Counted from the first letter of the stretch, positions 1 through 10,939 are shown. The stretch: 64,000 nucleotides of DNA from an uncultured delta proteobacterium (GCA_963812015.1 CAWETI010000002.1:768001-832000); one strand, 5' to 3'. The notes: generated from the letters alone by a model not told the origin. Program-made: numbers and translations.

Positions 1-247
1 CTCACTCCCTTCATCCCGGTGGGGATCGCCCTGAAGCCTGATGCGCTGCCTTTAAACATAATTAGACTCACCTTCGCTAGGTTTTATTAAGGCAGTGAGG
101 CAAAAATTTCCCGCCGGAGAGGCAAGAGATTGGAAATTCTCCAGATAAATTCCTCAAGCAAGTTCTCGGTCATGAAGCCCCGTCAGTTTTCCGGCCCACG
201 GTTCTGGCCTGGTCAGGGGGTCTCGTCATGTTGCCGCCCCCATGCCG

Positions 248-1405
248 TTATCCCAGGATCGCCTCGACAAAGGCCTCGGCGTCAAAAGGCCGCAGGTCTT
301 CCATGGCCTCCCCCACCCCGATGTATTTGAGGGGTATCCCGGTCTCGTGGACCACCGCCAGGGCCACGCCGCCCTTGGCGGTGCCGTCCATCTTGGTGAG
401 GATCAGCCCCGTCACCCCCACGGCCTCATGAAATAGCCGGGCCTGGTTCAGGGCGTTTTGTCCCGTGGTGGCGTCCAGGATGAGGAGCACCTCATGGGGC
501 GCCCCGGGTATTTTTTTGGCCGCGGTGCGGTGAATCTTTTTCAACTCCTCCATCAGGTTGACCTTGGTGTGGAGCCGCCCCGCGGTGTCCACGTACACCG
601 TATCAACGTCCCGGGCCAGGGCCGCGGCCAGGCCGTCGAAGACCACTGCGGCCGGGTCGGCCCCGGTCTTTTGTTTGACCACCGCCGCGCCGACGCGCTC
701 CCCCCAAATCTCCAACTGCTCCACCGCCGCGGCCCGGAAGGTGTCCCCGGCCACCAACAGGGTCGTCAATCCCTGGGTCCGGTCCCGGTGGGCCAGCTTG
801 GCGAGGGTGGTGGTTTTGCCCACGCCGTTGACCCCCACCAGCAGCACCACTCGGGGACGGGGGCTCAGCGCCTGGGGGGCGGGGCCAGTCAGCAGGGCGA
901 CCATCTCCGCCTTGAGCGCGGCCTTGAGCCTTTCTACGTCCCCCAACTCCCGGCGTTTCAATTTTTCCTGCAGGGCCTGGATCAGAAAGAGGCTGGTTTC
1001 CACCCCCAGATCGGCCGTAATCAACAATTCCTCGAGGTCTTCCAGGAGTTCGGCATCAACGACTTTCCGCCCCTTGAAGACCCGCTCCAAACCTCCGCTC
1101 AAGGCCTCCCGGGTCCGCTGTAAGCGTTCCCGCAGACGCCGAAACCGCTTCCGGCGAACCACTTCGCTCACTTCCCCGGGGAGCTCCAGATCCTCAGCCT
1201 CTTGCAACCCTTCCCCGGCGGCCTCCGCCGGGGAAGAATCCGGGGCCGAGGCCAGGGGAACCACTTCCTCCCCGGCAGTTTCTCCGACCTCGGCAGCAGA
1301 AACCTCCCCGGATGCCGTTTCCAGGTCGGCCTCTGGCGGGGAAAGAGACTCTGCCTCCTCCCCCTTTTCCTGTTCCTTGCCCTTGCGGCGAAACCAGCGG
1401 CGCAT
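248..1405 (-). CDS. ftsY: Signal recognition particle receptor FtsY
   Basis: Acidic N-terminus; SRP GTPase motifs GVNGVGKTTT, DTFRAAA, DTAGR, TKMDGTAKGG. ATG at 1405 (in-frame GTG at 1408 overlaps the glyS stop). Confidence 0.97.
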   Translation of the reverse strand: MRRWFRRKGKEQEKGEEAESLSPPEADLETASGEVSAAEVGETAGEEVVPLASAPDSSPAEAAGEGLQEAEDLELPGEVSEVVRRKRFRRLRERLQRTREALSGGLERVFKGRKVVDAELLEDLEELLITADLGVETSLFLIQALQEKLKRRELGDVERLKAALKAEMVALLTGPAPQALSPRPRVVLLVGVNGVGKTTTLAKLAHRDRTQGLTTLLVAGDTFRAAAVEQLEIWGERVGAAVVKQKTGADPAAVVFDGLAAALARDVDTVYVDTAGRLHTKVNLMEELKKIHRTAAKKIPGAPHEVLLILDATTGQNALNQARLFHEAVGVTGLILTKMDGTAKGGVALAVVHETGIPLKYIGVGEAMEDLRPFDAEAFVEAILG

Positions 1406-1407
1406 CA

Positions 1408-3477
1408 CTATGACGTCGTAATTTTAGAGAAATCGGCCATGAGGAGGAAGGTCCGGCTGATACGGACCAGCAGGGCCAGACGGTTACGGCGCAAATCGGC
1501 ATCCTCAGCCATTACCATGACCTTATCGAAAAAGGCGTCCACCGGACCTCTAAGGCCGGCCAAGGCCCGGCACACCCCGGGATAATCCCGCTGCTCCAGG
1601 GTCCGGGATACCTCCAACTCCATCAATGCCGTTGCCTCGAACAACAAATTTTCCTCGGGATATTCGAAGAGCAAGGGAGTCACTTCGGCAGCCTCGGTCC
1701 CCTGAGCGATATTGATGACCCTTTTAAAGGCCGTTGCCAGGGCCGGAAATTCCGGGCTCTGGCGGACCGCGGCCAGGGCCCTCACCTTGTCCGCCGCGTC
1801 CACCACGTCTCGGCAGCCCGCAGCCAGGACCGCGGTGATGGTCTCGTGATCAAAGCCTTCCACCAGGAGAAGATGATGGAACCGGGTCTGGAAGAAATCC
1901 AGCACCTCCAGGGCCGTTTCCTCCCTGGTCCGGCTGATCTTGCCCTGTAAAAGCTCGAGGGCGGCCGCCACGGTGGCCACCAAATCCAGGTGCAGGCCCT
2001 GGCTGCGCAAGATGCGGATGACGGCCAGGGCATGGCGTCTCAGACCGTAGGGGTCGGCGGTGCCCGTGGGGCTCAGGCCCACCCCGAAGCAGCCGCAGAT
2101 GGTGTCCAGACGGTCCGCCAGACCCACCAGGGCGCCCACCCGGTCCGGGGGCAGTTCATCATCGGCATGCCGGGGAAAGTAGTGGGTGAAGAGGGCCTCA
2201 GCCACCTCGGCGGGCTCGCCGGAGAGTTTGGCGTACTGGCGGCCCATCACCCCCTGGAGGCTGGGGAATTCCCCCACCATTTCGGTGACGATGTCGGCCT
2301 TGCACAACGTGGCGGCACGTTTAACCTGTTCCGTAAGTTCCGGGGCCAGTTGCCCGGCCAGCCGCGCCGCCAGTTCCCGGAAGCGCTCCATCTTCTCGTA
2401 GGAAGTGCCCAACAGGGAGTGAAACATCACGCCCTTCAAGGCCTCCACCCGATTTTCCAGGGGGGTCTTGGCATCCTCCTTATAAAAAAACATGGCGTCG
2501 CTGAGCCGGGCGCGGATCACCCGCTCATGGCCCTTACGGACCACATCCGGGTTCCGGGTCAGGGTGTTGTTCACCGCAATGAAATGGGGCAGCAGGCGGC
2601 CGTCGGCGCCTCTTAAGGAGAAGTACCGCTGATGCTCCCGCATGGAGGTGATGAGCACCTCGTCGGGGAGGGCCAGAAATCTGTCTTCGAAGTTCCCCAC
2701 CACCACTGAAGGATATTCCACCAGGAAGGTGTTCTCTTCCAGCAGCCCTGGGTTGGGCACCACTTCACCATGCACTCCGGCCGCGGCCCGGGCTAACTCC
2801 TGCTCCAGCAAGGCCCGGCGCGCGGCCGGGTCCACGATGACCCTGGCCGTCTTGAGGGTCGCCACATAGGCCTGGGCGTCCTTAACCTCAACGGCCCCGG
2901 GGGCCAGAAAGCGGTGGCCCCGGGTGGTCCCGCCGCTCACCACATCGCCCACCGCGAAGGTGATCACCGCCCCCCCGTAACGGGCCAAAATCCAGTGGAT
3001 GGGCCGGGCAAAGGTGATGGTCTCTGAACCCCAGCGCATGGATTTGGGGAAGCTCAATCCCAGGATAAACCCCGGCAGCAACTCCGGCAGGCGCTCGGTG
3101 GTGGGCCGCCCGGTGGTGGACTTGCTCACCGCCAGATAGACGCCCCGGGGGGTGTCCACTTCGATGAGGTCCGAGACCGCCACGCCTTGCTTCTTGGCAA
3201 AACCCAGGGCCGCGGGGGTGGGCTGGCCAGCCGCATCAAAGGCCACGGCTTTGGGGGGGCCAAGTTCCTCAGTTTTCGTATTAGCCTGAGCCGCCGCCAG
3301 GTCACGAGCCACCAGGGCCAGGCGACGGGGAGTCCCCCAGGTATCAATATCCCCCACCGCAATCAGTTCTTGCTTCATCAGCTCCCGGAACGAAGCAGCC
3401 ATCTCCTCCAGTGCCTTCGGGATAAAACGGGCCGGAATCTCTTCAGTGCCAATCTCCAATAACAATTCTTTCGCCAT
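1408..3477 (-). CDS. glyS: Glycine--tRNA ligase beta subunit
   Basis: LLLEIGTEEIPA start, TPRRL, KSMRWG, DPYGLRR, DALR-type C-terminus; downstream of glyQ. Confidence 0.97.
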   Translation of the reverse strand: MAKELLLEIGTEEIPARFIPKALEEMAASFRELMKQELIAVGDIDTWGTPRRLALVARDLAAAQANTKTEELGPPKAVAFDAAGQPTPAALGFAKKQGVAVSDLIEVDTPRGVYLAVSKSTTGRPTTERLPELLPGFILGLSFPKSMRWGSETITFARPIHWILARYGGAVITFAVGDVVSGGTTRGHRFLAPGAVEVKDAQAYVATLKTARVIVDPAARRALLEQELARAAAGVHGEVVPNPGLLEENTFLVEYPSVVVGNFEDRFLALPDEVLITSMREHQRYFSLRGADGRLLPHFIAVNNTLTRNPDVVRKGHERVIRARLSDAMFFYKEDAKTPLENRVEALKGVMFHSLLGTSYEKMERFRELAARLAGQLAPELTEQVKRAATLCKADIVTEMVGEFPSLQGVMGRQYAKLSGEPAEVAEALFTHYFPRHADDELPPDRVGALVGLADRLDTICGCFGVGLSPTGTADPYGLRRHALAVIRILRSQGLHLDLVATVAAALELLQGKISRTREETALEVLDFFQTRFHHLLLVEGFDHETITAVLAAGCRDVVDAADKVRALAAVRQSPEFPALATAFKRVINIAQGTEAAEVTPLLFEYPEENLLFEATALMELEVSRTLEQRDYPGVCRALAGLRGPVDAFFDKVMVMAEDADLRRNRLALLVRISRTFLLMADFSKITTS

Positions 3478-3507
3478 GGTGATCCTCGTGTGACTGCAGC
3501 GATAAAG

Positions 3508-4377
3508 TTACTTTTTCAGCAAGGGAAAGCCCATCTCTTCCCGTTGTTTCAGGTAGCCTTCGGCGCACAGGCGGGCCAGTTGTCGCACCCGGCCGATGAG
3601 GCTGCTGCGCTCCGCCACGCTGATGGCCCCCCGGGCATTCAGGAGGTTAAAGGTATGGGAGCATTTCAGGCAGTAATCGTAAGCCGGGAGCACCAGTTTC
3701 AGGCCGATGATGCGCAAGGCTTCCGCCTCATACATGTCGAAGAGGCGGAAGAGCATGTCCACGTCGGCCTGCTCGAAATTATAGATGGAGTGCTCCACTT
3801 CGCCCCGGTGGTGCACGTCCCCGTATGTCACGCCCTTGGTCCATTCCAGGTCATAGACGCTCTCCACCCCCTGGATATACATGGCGATGCGCTCCGGACC
3901 ATAGGTCAATTCCACGCTCACCGGGGCAAGGTCGATGGAGCCGGCCTGCTGAAAATAGGTGAACTGGGTGATTTCCATGCCGTCCAGCCAGACCTCCCAG
4001 CCCAGGCCCCAGGCCCCCAGGGTGGGGGATTCCCAGTCGTCTTCCACGAAGCGGATATCATGGTCCAGGGGATCGAGCCCCAGGGTTCTCAAGCTGTCGA
4101 GATAGAGTTCCTGGACATTTTTGGGAGAGGGCTTGAGGATCACCTGGTATTGGTAATAGTGCTGCAGGCGGTTGGGGTTCTCGCCGTAGCGCCCGTCGGT
4201 GGGCCGCCGGGAAGGCTCCACATAGGCCACGTTCCAGGGTTCCGGCCCCAGGACCCGGAGCAGGGTGGCGGGGTTGAAAGTGCCAGCCCCCACCTCGATG
4301 TCGTAAGGTTGTTGGATGACGCAGCCCCGCTCAGCCCAGAAGCGCTGCAGGGTCATCAACAGTTCCTGAAAAGTCAT
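3508..4377 (-). CDS. glyQ: Glycine--tRNA ligase alpha subunit
   Basis: MTFQELL..., [45 protein letters not shown]. Confidence 0.98.
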   Translation of the reverse strand: MTFQELLMTLQRFWAERGCVIQQPYDIEVGAGTFNPATLLRVLGPEPWNVAYVEPSRRPTDGRYGENPNRLQHYYQYQVILKPSPKNVQELYLDSLRTLGLDPLDHDIRFVEDDWESPTLGAWGLGWEVWLDGMEITQFTYFQQAGSIDLAPVSVELTYGPERIAMYIQGVESVYDLEWTKGVTYGDVHHRGEVEHSIYNFEQADVDMLFRLFDMYEAEALRIIGLKLVLPAYDYCLKCSHTFNLLNARGAISVAERSSLIGRVRQLARLCAEGYLKQREEMGFPLLKK

Positions 4378-4646
4378 CCCGCCTCTCCTTTAAGAAAAAT
4401 ATCTGATTATATTAACCGGTTAGGTGCCACGTTGTCAAGGTCCGCCCCGGCCTCTCCCGCCGCCGCCGCTACTTTTCCGGCCCCTCCCATCGGGTTTTCC
4501 ACACCTTCAGTCGGCTGAGCCGGTTAATACGCAAGGTGGCCAGGGTGCGAACTAAAGGGGACACCGGGCAGCTCTTTTTACGATGGGACCTTTTTCCTCT
4601 CTTGACGCCGCTTTGATCCCAGGTTATATGAATCCTATCACCCTAC

Positions 4647-4721
<75 letters not shown>

Positions 4722-4730
4722 GTAATTTCA

Positions 4731-4762
4731 GGGGGTTACGGTTGAGGCCGTAGCCCCTTTTT
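4731..4762 (+). terminator. Intrinsic terminator after tRNA-Val
   Basis: GGGGTTACGG-TTGAGG-CCGTAGCCCC hairpin followed by a T run. Confidence 0.75.
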
Positions 4763-4842
4763 CTTGTCTGTGGCCATTTTGCTCCCATCTTCTCCAAAAA
4801 TCGCAGGTTTCGGCCCACAGGCTAGCTCCTGGTGTACTGGGG

Positions 4843-4918
4843 AGGATCTATTATTCACATTAGTTGAGATCCTACGTGGCGCTCAGGATGACAAAAGAGC
4901 CAGTTTTTCAACAGTCTG
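4843..4918. repeat. Degenerate REP/MITE-like remnant
   Basis: AGGATCT...AGATCCT...CGCTCAGGATGAC resembles the GTCATCCTGAGCG REP-like family; it is followed by TTTTTCAACAGTCTG, which resembles an IS terminal repeat. Confidence 0.45.
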
Positions 4919-5158
4919 ATAGAGAAGATGCAGGGGCGGAAAGGTGCGAGCCGATATGATAAGGAAGCACCTTATGGGGCGGAGAGAGGAGCAGGGATTT
5001 AGACCAAACCCATGACGGGCGGGAAAAGTTTTCTGACCGAATCTATCAGAACGGCATCAATTGATAACCGCAATAAAGGGCAGGAGAAAGTAAGTTTTGC
5101 GGGGAATACTAATCTTGAAATCGTCTTTTGCTCGGAGGCGCGGCGATGCTACCGGGTT

Positions 5159-6046
5159 TTACCGAAACCACGCCGGCAAAAACGCCGGTTCGGGGTAGGG
5201 GAGGGCCAGTTGGCTCAGGGACTCTTCGGTGTCCTGGCCCAGGAGGAGGCTCAGGAGAGAGAAGCCTTCCTTCTTGGGATAGACGGCTTCCACCTTGCCC
5301 TTGATGCCTCCCAGGCGCCCGGCCTTCTCGATGGCGTCGGGGAGGTTGCCGAACTCATCCACCAGGCCAATCTGCTTAGCTTCCTCGCCGGAATAGACCC
5401 GGCCTTCCGCCAGGGTTTTCAGCTTGGCCAGGGGAATCTTGCGGTTGCGGGCCACGTCGCTTAAGAACTGCTGGTAGATGTTGTCGAGCAGACCCTGGAG
5501 ATAGGCCTTGTCTTCGGGGCTCATGGGACGGAAGGGCGAGCCTGCGTCTTTGTAGCGCCCGGCCTTCAGGTTGAAGAAATCCAGCCCGAGCTTCTTGGTC
5601 AGGCCCTCCACGTTGGTGAACTGCATGATCACGCCGATACTGCCGGTGGCGGTGCCCCGGTTGGCCATGATGAGGTTGGCCCCGGAGGCGATGTAGTAGC
5701 CCCCGGAGGCGGCCACGGTCCCCAGGGAAGCCACGATCTTTTTCTTGGCGCGGACCTTCTCCACCTCCCGAAGGATCTCCTGGGCGGGCCCCACGGCGCC
5801 GCCCGGAGAGTTGATTCGGAGCACGATGGCCTTGATACTGCTATCGTCCCGGTAGCGGTCCAGTTGCTTGATGGTGGTTCGGGAGTCGGTGAGCAAGCCC
5901 TTGATCTCCACCACCCCCACCTGCTCCCGGGAGGTAAACAAACTGCCTTTCCCCAGGAGGGCCAGGACCACCCCGGAGAGCCCCAGAAAGAAGAGGACCA
6001 CCAGGGTGGTGATGAGGCAACCGGTCCACAGAGTCCGAGTTTGCAT
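5159..6046 (-). CDS. sppA: Signal peptide peptidase SppA (S49, short form)
   Basis: N-terminal TM helix, RINSPGG, AASGGYYIA, TGSIGV, KAGRYKD. Confidence 0.95.
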   Translation of the reverse strand: MQTRTLWTGCLITTLVVLFFLGLSGVVLALLGKGSLFTSREQVGVVEIKGLLTDSRTTIKQLDRYRDDSSIKAIVLRINSPGGAVGPAQEILREVEKVRAKKKIVASLGTVAASGGYYIASGANLIMANRGTATGSIGVIMQFTNVEGLTKKLGLDFFNLKAGRYKDAGSPFRPMSPEDKAYLQGLLDNIYQQFLSDVARNRKIPLAKLKTLAEGRVYSGEEAKQIGLVDEFGNLPDAIEKAGRLGGIKGKVEAVYPKKEGFSLLSLLLGQDTEESLSQLALPYPEPAFLPAWFR

Positions 6047-6052
6047 GGCGCC

Positions 6053-7867
6053 TTAGTTGTTGTCCTTGCCCTGTTTTTCTTCCAGGGTCTCCCGGAGGAT
6101 ATCCCCCAGGTTGGAGGTGGCTTCGGTGCGGGAATGGAGATAATCCCGGTAATGGGATTGCTCCTCGTCAGTCTCCAGTTTCCGAATGCTCAAGCCGATG
6201 CGGCGTTCCGTGGGCGAGGCGTGGATCACCTTGGCCCGGATCAGGTCCCCCACCTTGAGTTCCGCCATCTTCTGCTTATCACGGCTCTGCTCGGAAATGT
6301 GGATGAGGCCCTCAATGCCTTCCTCCACCTCCACGAAGAGGCCGAAATCGGTGATGTTGGTGATGGGGCCGGAGATTATGGAGCCCATGGGGAAACGCTG
6401 GTCGATGCTCTGCCACGGGTTGTCGGCCAGGTCCTTAATGCTCAGGGAGAAGCGCTCGTTGTCTTTATCGATATAGAGGACCTTGGCCTGGATCACCTGG
6501 CCCTTCTTGAAGATCTCGGAAGGGTGCTTGAAGCGTTTGGTCCAGGAGATGTCGGAGATGTGCACCAGGCCGTCGATGCCTTCGTCGATGCCGATGAAGA
6601 TGCCGAAGTCGGTGATATTCTTGATTTTGCCTTCGATCACCGAACCAACCGGGTATTTTTCCCCGATGACTTCCCAGGGATTGGGCTCCACCTGTTTCAG
6701 GCTCAAAGAGATGCGTTTCCGCTGGGGCTCCACTTCGAGGACGGTGGCTTCCACCACGTCGCCCACGCTCAGCACCTGGGAGGGATGGCGCACCTTCCGG
6801 GTCCAGGACATCTCGGAGATGTGGATGAGCCCTTCCACGCCCGGCTCCAGTTCCACGAAGGCCCCGTAGTCGGTGAGGCTGACCACTTTGCCGCTAACCC
6901 GGCTGCCCAGGGGGAATCTCTCCTCCACCACGCTCCAGGGGTCCGCGATGAGCTGCTTCAGACCCAGGGAGATGCGTTCTTTTTCCGGATCGAAGCTCAG
7001 GACCTTGACCGTAATGGTGTCCCCGACCTTGAAGAGGTCCGCCGGGTGGCGCACCCGGCCGTAGGAGAGGTCGGTGATGTGGAGCAGCCCGTCCAGGCCG
7101 CCCAGATCGACGAAGATCCCGTAATCGGTGATATTTTTGACCACCCCTTCCACGATTTTGCCCTCTTCCAGAGAGGACAGGAGGGTGGTTTTGGCTTCAT
7201 TTTTCTCTTTTTCCAGGAGCACACGCCGGGAAAGGACGACGTTGCGCCGTTTGCGGTTGAATTTCAACACCTTGAATAAATAGCGCTGGCCGATGAGATG
7301 GTCGGTATGCCGCATGGGCGCCAGGTCAACCTGGGAACCGGGCAGGAAGGCGATGATACCTCCCAGGTCCACGGAGAGGCCCCCCTTGACCTTGGCCACG
7401 ATGGTGCCCTCTACTTCCCCATCGTTGTTGTACGCCGAACTGACTTCTTCCCACACCTTGATCTTTGAGGCCTTGTTTTTGGAGAGCATGAGGGCGCCTT
7501 CTTCATCCTCCCGGCTCTCCATCAGGGCTTCGACTTCCTCACCCACCTGGGCGGTGACTTCTCCCTCGGGGGTGGTGAATTCGTGGATGGGGATCTGGCC
7601 TTCGGATTTGTAGCCGATGTCCACCATGACATAATCCTTGGTGATGGACACGATGTGGCCCTTGACGACTTCCCCTTCCTGGACCCGCCTCAAGCTCTCT
7701 TCATAGAGGTCGCTCATGGACTCCATATCCGGCATCTCGGCCATGGGTTCCTCCTGGGATTCCGGAGCTGGCGCCGAAGTCGCGACCTCTTCCTGCTGGG
7801 GCCGGTCTTCTGCAACTTCCTCCGGCCGAGTGTGGTTGGTCAGTTCATTTTTTTCCATACCGTCCAT
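6053..7867 (-). CDS. rpsA: 30S ribosomal protein S1
   Basis: Repeated S1 domains (VDIGYKSEG, GLLHITDLS, GLIHISEMSW, GLVHISDISW). Own SD AAGGGGG before ATG 7867; in frame with upstream cmk. Confidence 0.95.
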   Translation of the reverse strand: MDGMEKNELTNHTRPEEVAEDRPQQEEVATSAPAPESQEEPMAEMPDMESMSDLYEESLRRVQEGEVVKGHIVSITKDYVMVDIGYKSEGQIPIHEFTTPEGEVTAQVGEEVEALMESREDEEGALMLSKNKASKIKVWEEVSSAYNNDGEVEGTIVAKVKGGLSVDLGGIIAFLPGSQVDLAPMRHTDHLIGQRYLFKVLKFNRKRRNVVLSRRVLLEKEKNEAKTTLLSSLEEGKIVEGVVKNITDYGIFVDLGGLDGLLHITDLSYGRVRHPADLFKVGDTITVKVLSFDPEKERISLGLKQLIADPWSVVEERFPLGSRVSGKVVSLTDYGAFVELEPGVEGLIHISEMSWTRKVRHPSQVLSVGDVVEATVLEVEPQRKRISLSLKQVEPNPWEVIGEKYPVGSVIEGKIKNITDFGIFIGIDEGIDGLVHISDISWTKRFKHPSEIFKKGQVIQAKVLYIDKDNERFSLSIKDLADNPWQSIDQRFPMGSIISGPITNITDFGLFVEVEEGIEGLIHISEQSRDKQKMAELKVGDLIRAKVIHASPTERRIGLSIRKLETDEEQSHYRDYLHSRTEATSNLGDILRETLEEKQGKDNN

Positions 7868-8584
7868 GTTAGCCCCCTTTGACAAGTTTACTGGGTTTAT
7901 TTTCCAACCTGCCGGGCCAATGCTCCTGATCCCGGCCAGGCACTGCTGCACTACTGCTTCGATGCTCAAATCCGTGGTATCGATGACCCTGGCGTCCTCC
8001 GGGACGCGCAGCGGCGCTTCGGCCCGGGTTTCGTCCCGCAGGTCCCGGGCAGCGATGTCCGCCATGGTGTTGGTCAAAGATGGCGGCTCGCCCTCCCCCC
8101 GCCATTCCCGGCGCCGGCGTTCCGCCCGGGTGGCCAGGGCCGCAGAGAGATAAAATTTATGGGTGGCCCCGGGAAAGACCACAGTGCCCTGGTCCCGACC
8201 TTCGGCCACCACGCCGCCGTTTTTGGCCAGATGGCGCAGCCGGCTTTTGACCCACTGGCGCACCGCGGGGAGTGCCGCCACCCGGGAAGAGTCCTGGGTC
8301 ACCGCCGGGGACCTGAGGGCCTCGGTGACTTCGACGCCGTCGATCAGCAGGTGGAAGCCCCGAGAATCGGCCGTCACCTCCGGGCCAAAATCCGCCAGGA
8401 AATCCTCCAGGGTCTCGGGCCGGCCCAGGTCCAAACCCAGCTGCAGGGCCTGGTAGGCCACGGCCCGGTAGAGGGCGCCGCTGTCCAAGTAGAGGTAACC
8501 CAGGGATTGGGCCAAAAGGCGGCCCACCGTGCTCTTGCCGGCCCCGGCCGGACCGTCGATGGTGATGATTCCCCGGGGGCCCAC
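7868..8584 (-). CDS. cmk: Cytidylate kinase (no stop codon before rpsA)
   Basis: ITIDGPAGAGKST, YLDSGALYRA, VAEGRDQGTVVFP; the frame continues into rpsA. Confidence 0.93.
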
Positions 8585-9700
8585 TCAGTTGCCCGACCCC
8601 AGCACCTTTTCTAAAGCCTCGAGGAACCGCCGATTTTCCTCAGGCAGTCCCATATTGACGCGGATATAGTCGGGAAAACCGTAGGCATCCATGGCCCGGA
8701 TAATGACCCCCTGATGCAACATCGCCTGGTAGACTTCCTGACCTGGCCGGGGGACCCGGATGAGGACGAAATTGGTCTGGCTGGGCACCACGGTCAGGCC
8801 GAGGCGCGCCAGTTCCCGGAAGAGCAGGTCTTTGCCGGCGAGCACCACCTCCCGGGTTCGGGCCAGAAAGCCGGCGTCTTGCAAGGCCGCCCGGGCGGCC
8901 ACCTGGGCCAGACGGTTGACGTTGAACGGCATCCGGAGGCGGTTGAGGTAGTCCATCAGTTCGCTGGGGCCGAAGCCGTAGCCGATGCGGAGGCCCGCCA
9001 GCCCGTAGGCCTTGGAAAAGGTGCGCAGCCCCACCAGGGGCCGGTCTTCGGCCAGGTAGTCCAGGCAGGACGGCACTCGGGGGTCGTCGGCAAAATCGAT
9101 GTAGGCCTCATCCAGAACCACGGTGAGGTTGGCGGGGATGGCGGCCAGAAACTCCTCCCACTCCTCCTTGAAAAAGGCGGTGCCGGTGGGATTGTTGGGG
9201 TTGTTCAGGATGATCAGCCGGGTTTGGGGCGTGACCGCCTGGGCCACGGCCGTCAGGTCCACCCGCAGGTCCCGTAAGGGCACCGGCCGGAACATCCCGC
9301 CCACGGCTTGAGTCAGGAGGTCGTACATCAAGAAGGTGTGGGTGGTGCTCAGCACCTCGCCCCCCGGCGGCACCAGGGCCCGGACCAGCAGGTCCAGGAC
9401 TTCATCGGAGCCGTTCCCCAGGATTAGCTGCTGGGGGGCCAGACCGAGATGGCGGGCCAGGTCGTCCTTGAGGTAATAGGCGTGGCTGTCAGGATAGCGA
9501 TGCAAGGTCCCGAGGCTGTCCCGGATGGCGGCCAGGGCCAAGGGAGAAGGACCCAGGGGATTTTCATTGGAGGCCAGCTTGATGGCATCGGTGAGTCCCA
9601 GTTCTCTTTCCAGCTCTTCCAGAGGTTTGCCGGCCTGATAAGGCGTCAGTTGGGTGAGGTGAGGCGCAATGAGAGAGGTGAAGGGGACGCTGGCTGCCAT
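8585..9700 (-). CDS. hisC: Histidinol-phosphate aminotransferase
   Basis: KLASNENPLGPS, GNGSDE, NPNNPTG, DEAY, RTFSKAYGLAGLRIGY. Confidence 0.95.
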   Translation of the reverse strand: MAASVPFTSLIAPHLTQLTPYQAGKPLEELERELGLTDAIKLASNENPLGPSPLALAAIRDSLGTLHRYPDSHAYYLKDDLARHLGLAPQQLILGNGSDEVLDLLVRALVPPGGEVLSTTHTFLMYDLLTQAVGGMFRPVPLRDLRVDLTAVAQAVTPQTRLIILNNPNNPTGTAFFKEEWEEFLAAIPANLTVVLDEAYIDFADDPRVPSCLDYLAEDRPLVGLRTFSKAYGLAGLRIGYGFGPSELMDYLNRLRMPFNVNRLAQVAARAALQDAGFLARTREVVLAGKDLLFRELARLGLTVVPSQTNFVLIRVPRPGQEVYQAMLHQGVIIRAMDAYGFPDYIRVNMGLPEENRRFLEALEKVLGSGN

Positions 9701-10216
9701 ATAAAGTGATTACCAAGTGTTTCCGGAGCCCAGGGAGGCTTGGGTAAAGGGGAAAAGAGAAAAGAGGACTGCTGCAGCAGGTGCTAGGTTGATGGAAAAC
9801 TCAGACCAGATTCCCTTGCCGAGACTGCCCGGGTCTCGGGCGGGTATGCTCCTTTACCCTGTTATCTCTTTAATTCAAACCGGTTACTCTTGGACCAAAC
9901 TCCTTTGTCAACGTGAGGGTATCAGACTTATGAATTAACGTTACTTTTTTAACCCAAGTTGCTAAAAAAATCAAGCAATTTCGGCAAGGACGGCAAAGAA
10001 GGGTCCAAATTTGCCCCCTGGCGAAAATATCCCGAAGAATTTCACCCGGCTGGGGCCCGCCAGGGTCCTCCTGACCTTGATGAAATCGTTCCCATCGGCT
10101 TTCCTTCCAGGTAAACCCAAGCCCGGCTGGTTTTTCCCCCTGCGGGTCCTTCAGGCGTTGACCTCAGACGCCATAATTGTTAGGGTAGCTAAAGGCCGAC
10201 CCAGGCGGGAGTGACC

Positions 10217-10849
10217 ATGCTGAAAGCGAATCTCTATGTGGACCGAATCGACCTCGCCCCTTACCTGACCCCGGAGGAATGCCGGGGGCTGGGGGGGCCC
10301 GATTGCGCCCAGGTGGCGGCCCGGCTCAAGGATGGCAGCTTGAAGCCCGAAGACTGCCTGACTCTCACCCCCGCCAAACGCCAGGCCCTGGCGGTGGCGG
10401 TGCGGGCCCTGGAAGTCCTGCCGGTGGTGCAGTCCCTGGAACTGCCCCGGCCGGTGCCGCCGGACCTGTTCGAAATCAACGAGCCCGGGCCCGACTCGCC
10501 GGTTTTGGTCACCGGCAACAGCGAATTCACCCTGGCGGTGGTCACCGGGCTCCTGGCCCTCACGGTCAGCCCTTTTTACCTGCTGCTGGTGGACACCCGA
10601 GGGGATACGGTGGACATGTCCATGATCTACCGCAGCTTCACCCCTCAGCGCCTGGACCAGGGCCTGGAGGCCCACCGCCTGGCCGAGAAGGTCAGGCGTC
10701 GGCAGCTCATCATCCCCGGGGTGGTCGGTCCCCTGAAAGAGGAACTGGCCAGCTACACCGGCTGGGACATCCGGGTGGGGCCCATCTGCGTGGCGGAGTT
10801 GCCCCTGTTCCTGGGGGAGGCTGACTGGCAGCCCCCGGCAGGCTCCTGA
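10217..10849 (+). CDS. Small corrinoid Fe-S protein (AcsC/CdhE-like) fragment fusion: N-terminal Cys domain plus corrinoid-binding-like domain
   Basis: PDSPVLVTGN...LLLVDTRG...LIIPG...GWDIRVGP resembles the AcsC/HgcA cobalamin domain; N-terminal C-x7-C-x16-C. Confidence 0.7.
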   Translation: MLKANLYVDRIDLAPYLTPEECRGLGGPDCAQVAARLKDGSLKPEDCLTLTPAKRQALAVAVRALEVLPVVQSLELPRPVPPDLFEINEPGPDSPVLVTGNSEFTLAVVTGLLALTVSPFYLLLVDTRGDTVDMSMIYRSFTPQRLDQGLEAHRLAEKVRRRQLIIPGVVGPLKEELASYTGWDIRVGPICVAELPLFLGEADWQPPAGS

Positions 10850-10939
10850 CGGGGCCCGGGAATATTTTGGGTCCGCCGTTGCCCCGATTCGCCGGAAGAC
10901 TTACTATGAAACATAATTGGTTGTGCAGAGAGGCGGTAG

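Noticed and set aside
1..130. Possible ncRNA or riboswitch at the window start
   Set aside because: GC-rich pairing potential exists, but I recognise no family consensus, and the region is cut by the window edge.
10217..10849. hgcA mercury methylase
   Set aside because: Lacks the N(V/I)WCA cap helix, the C-terminal TM helices and an adjacent hgcB.
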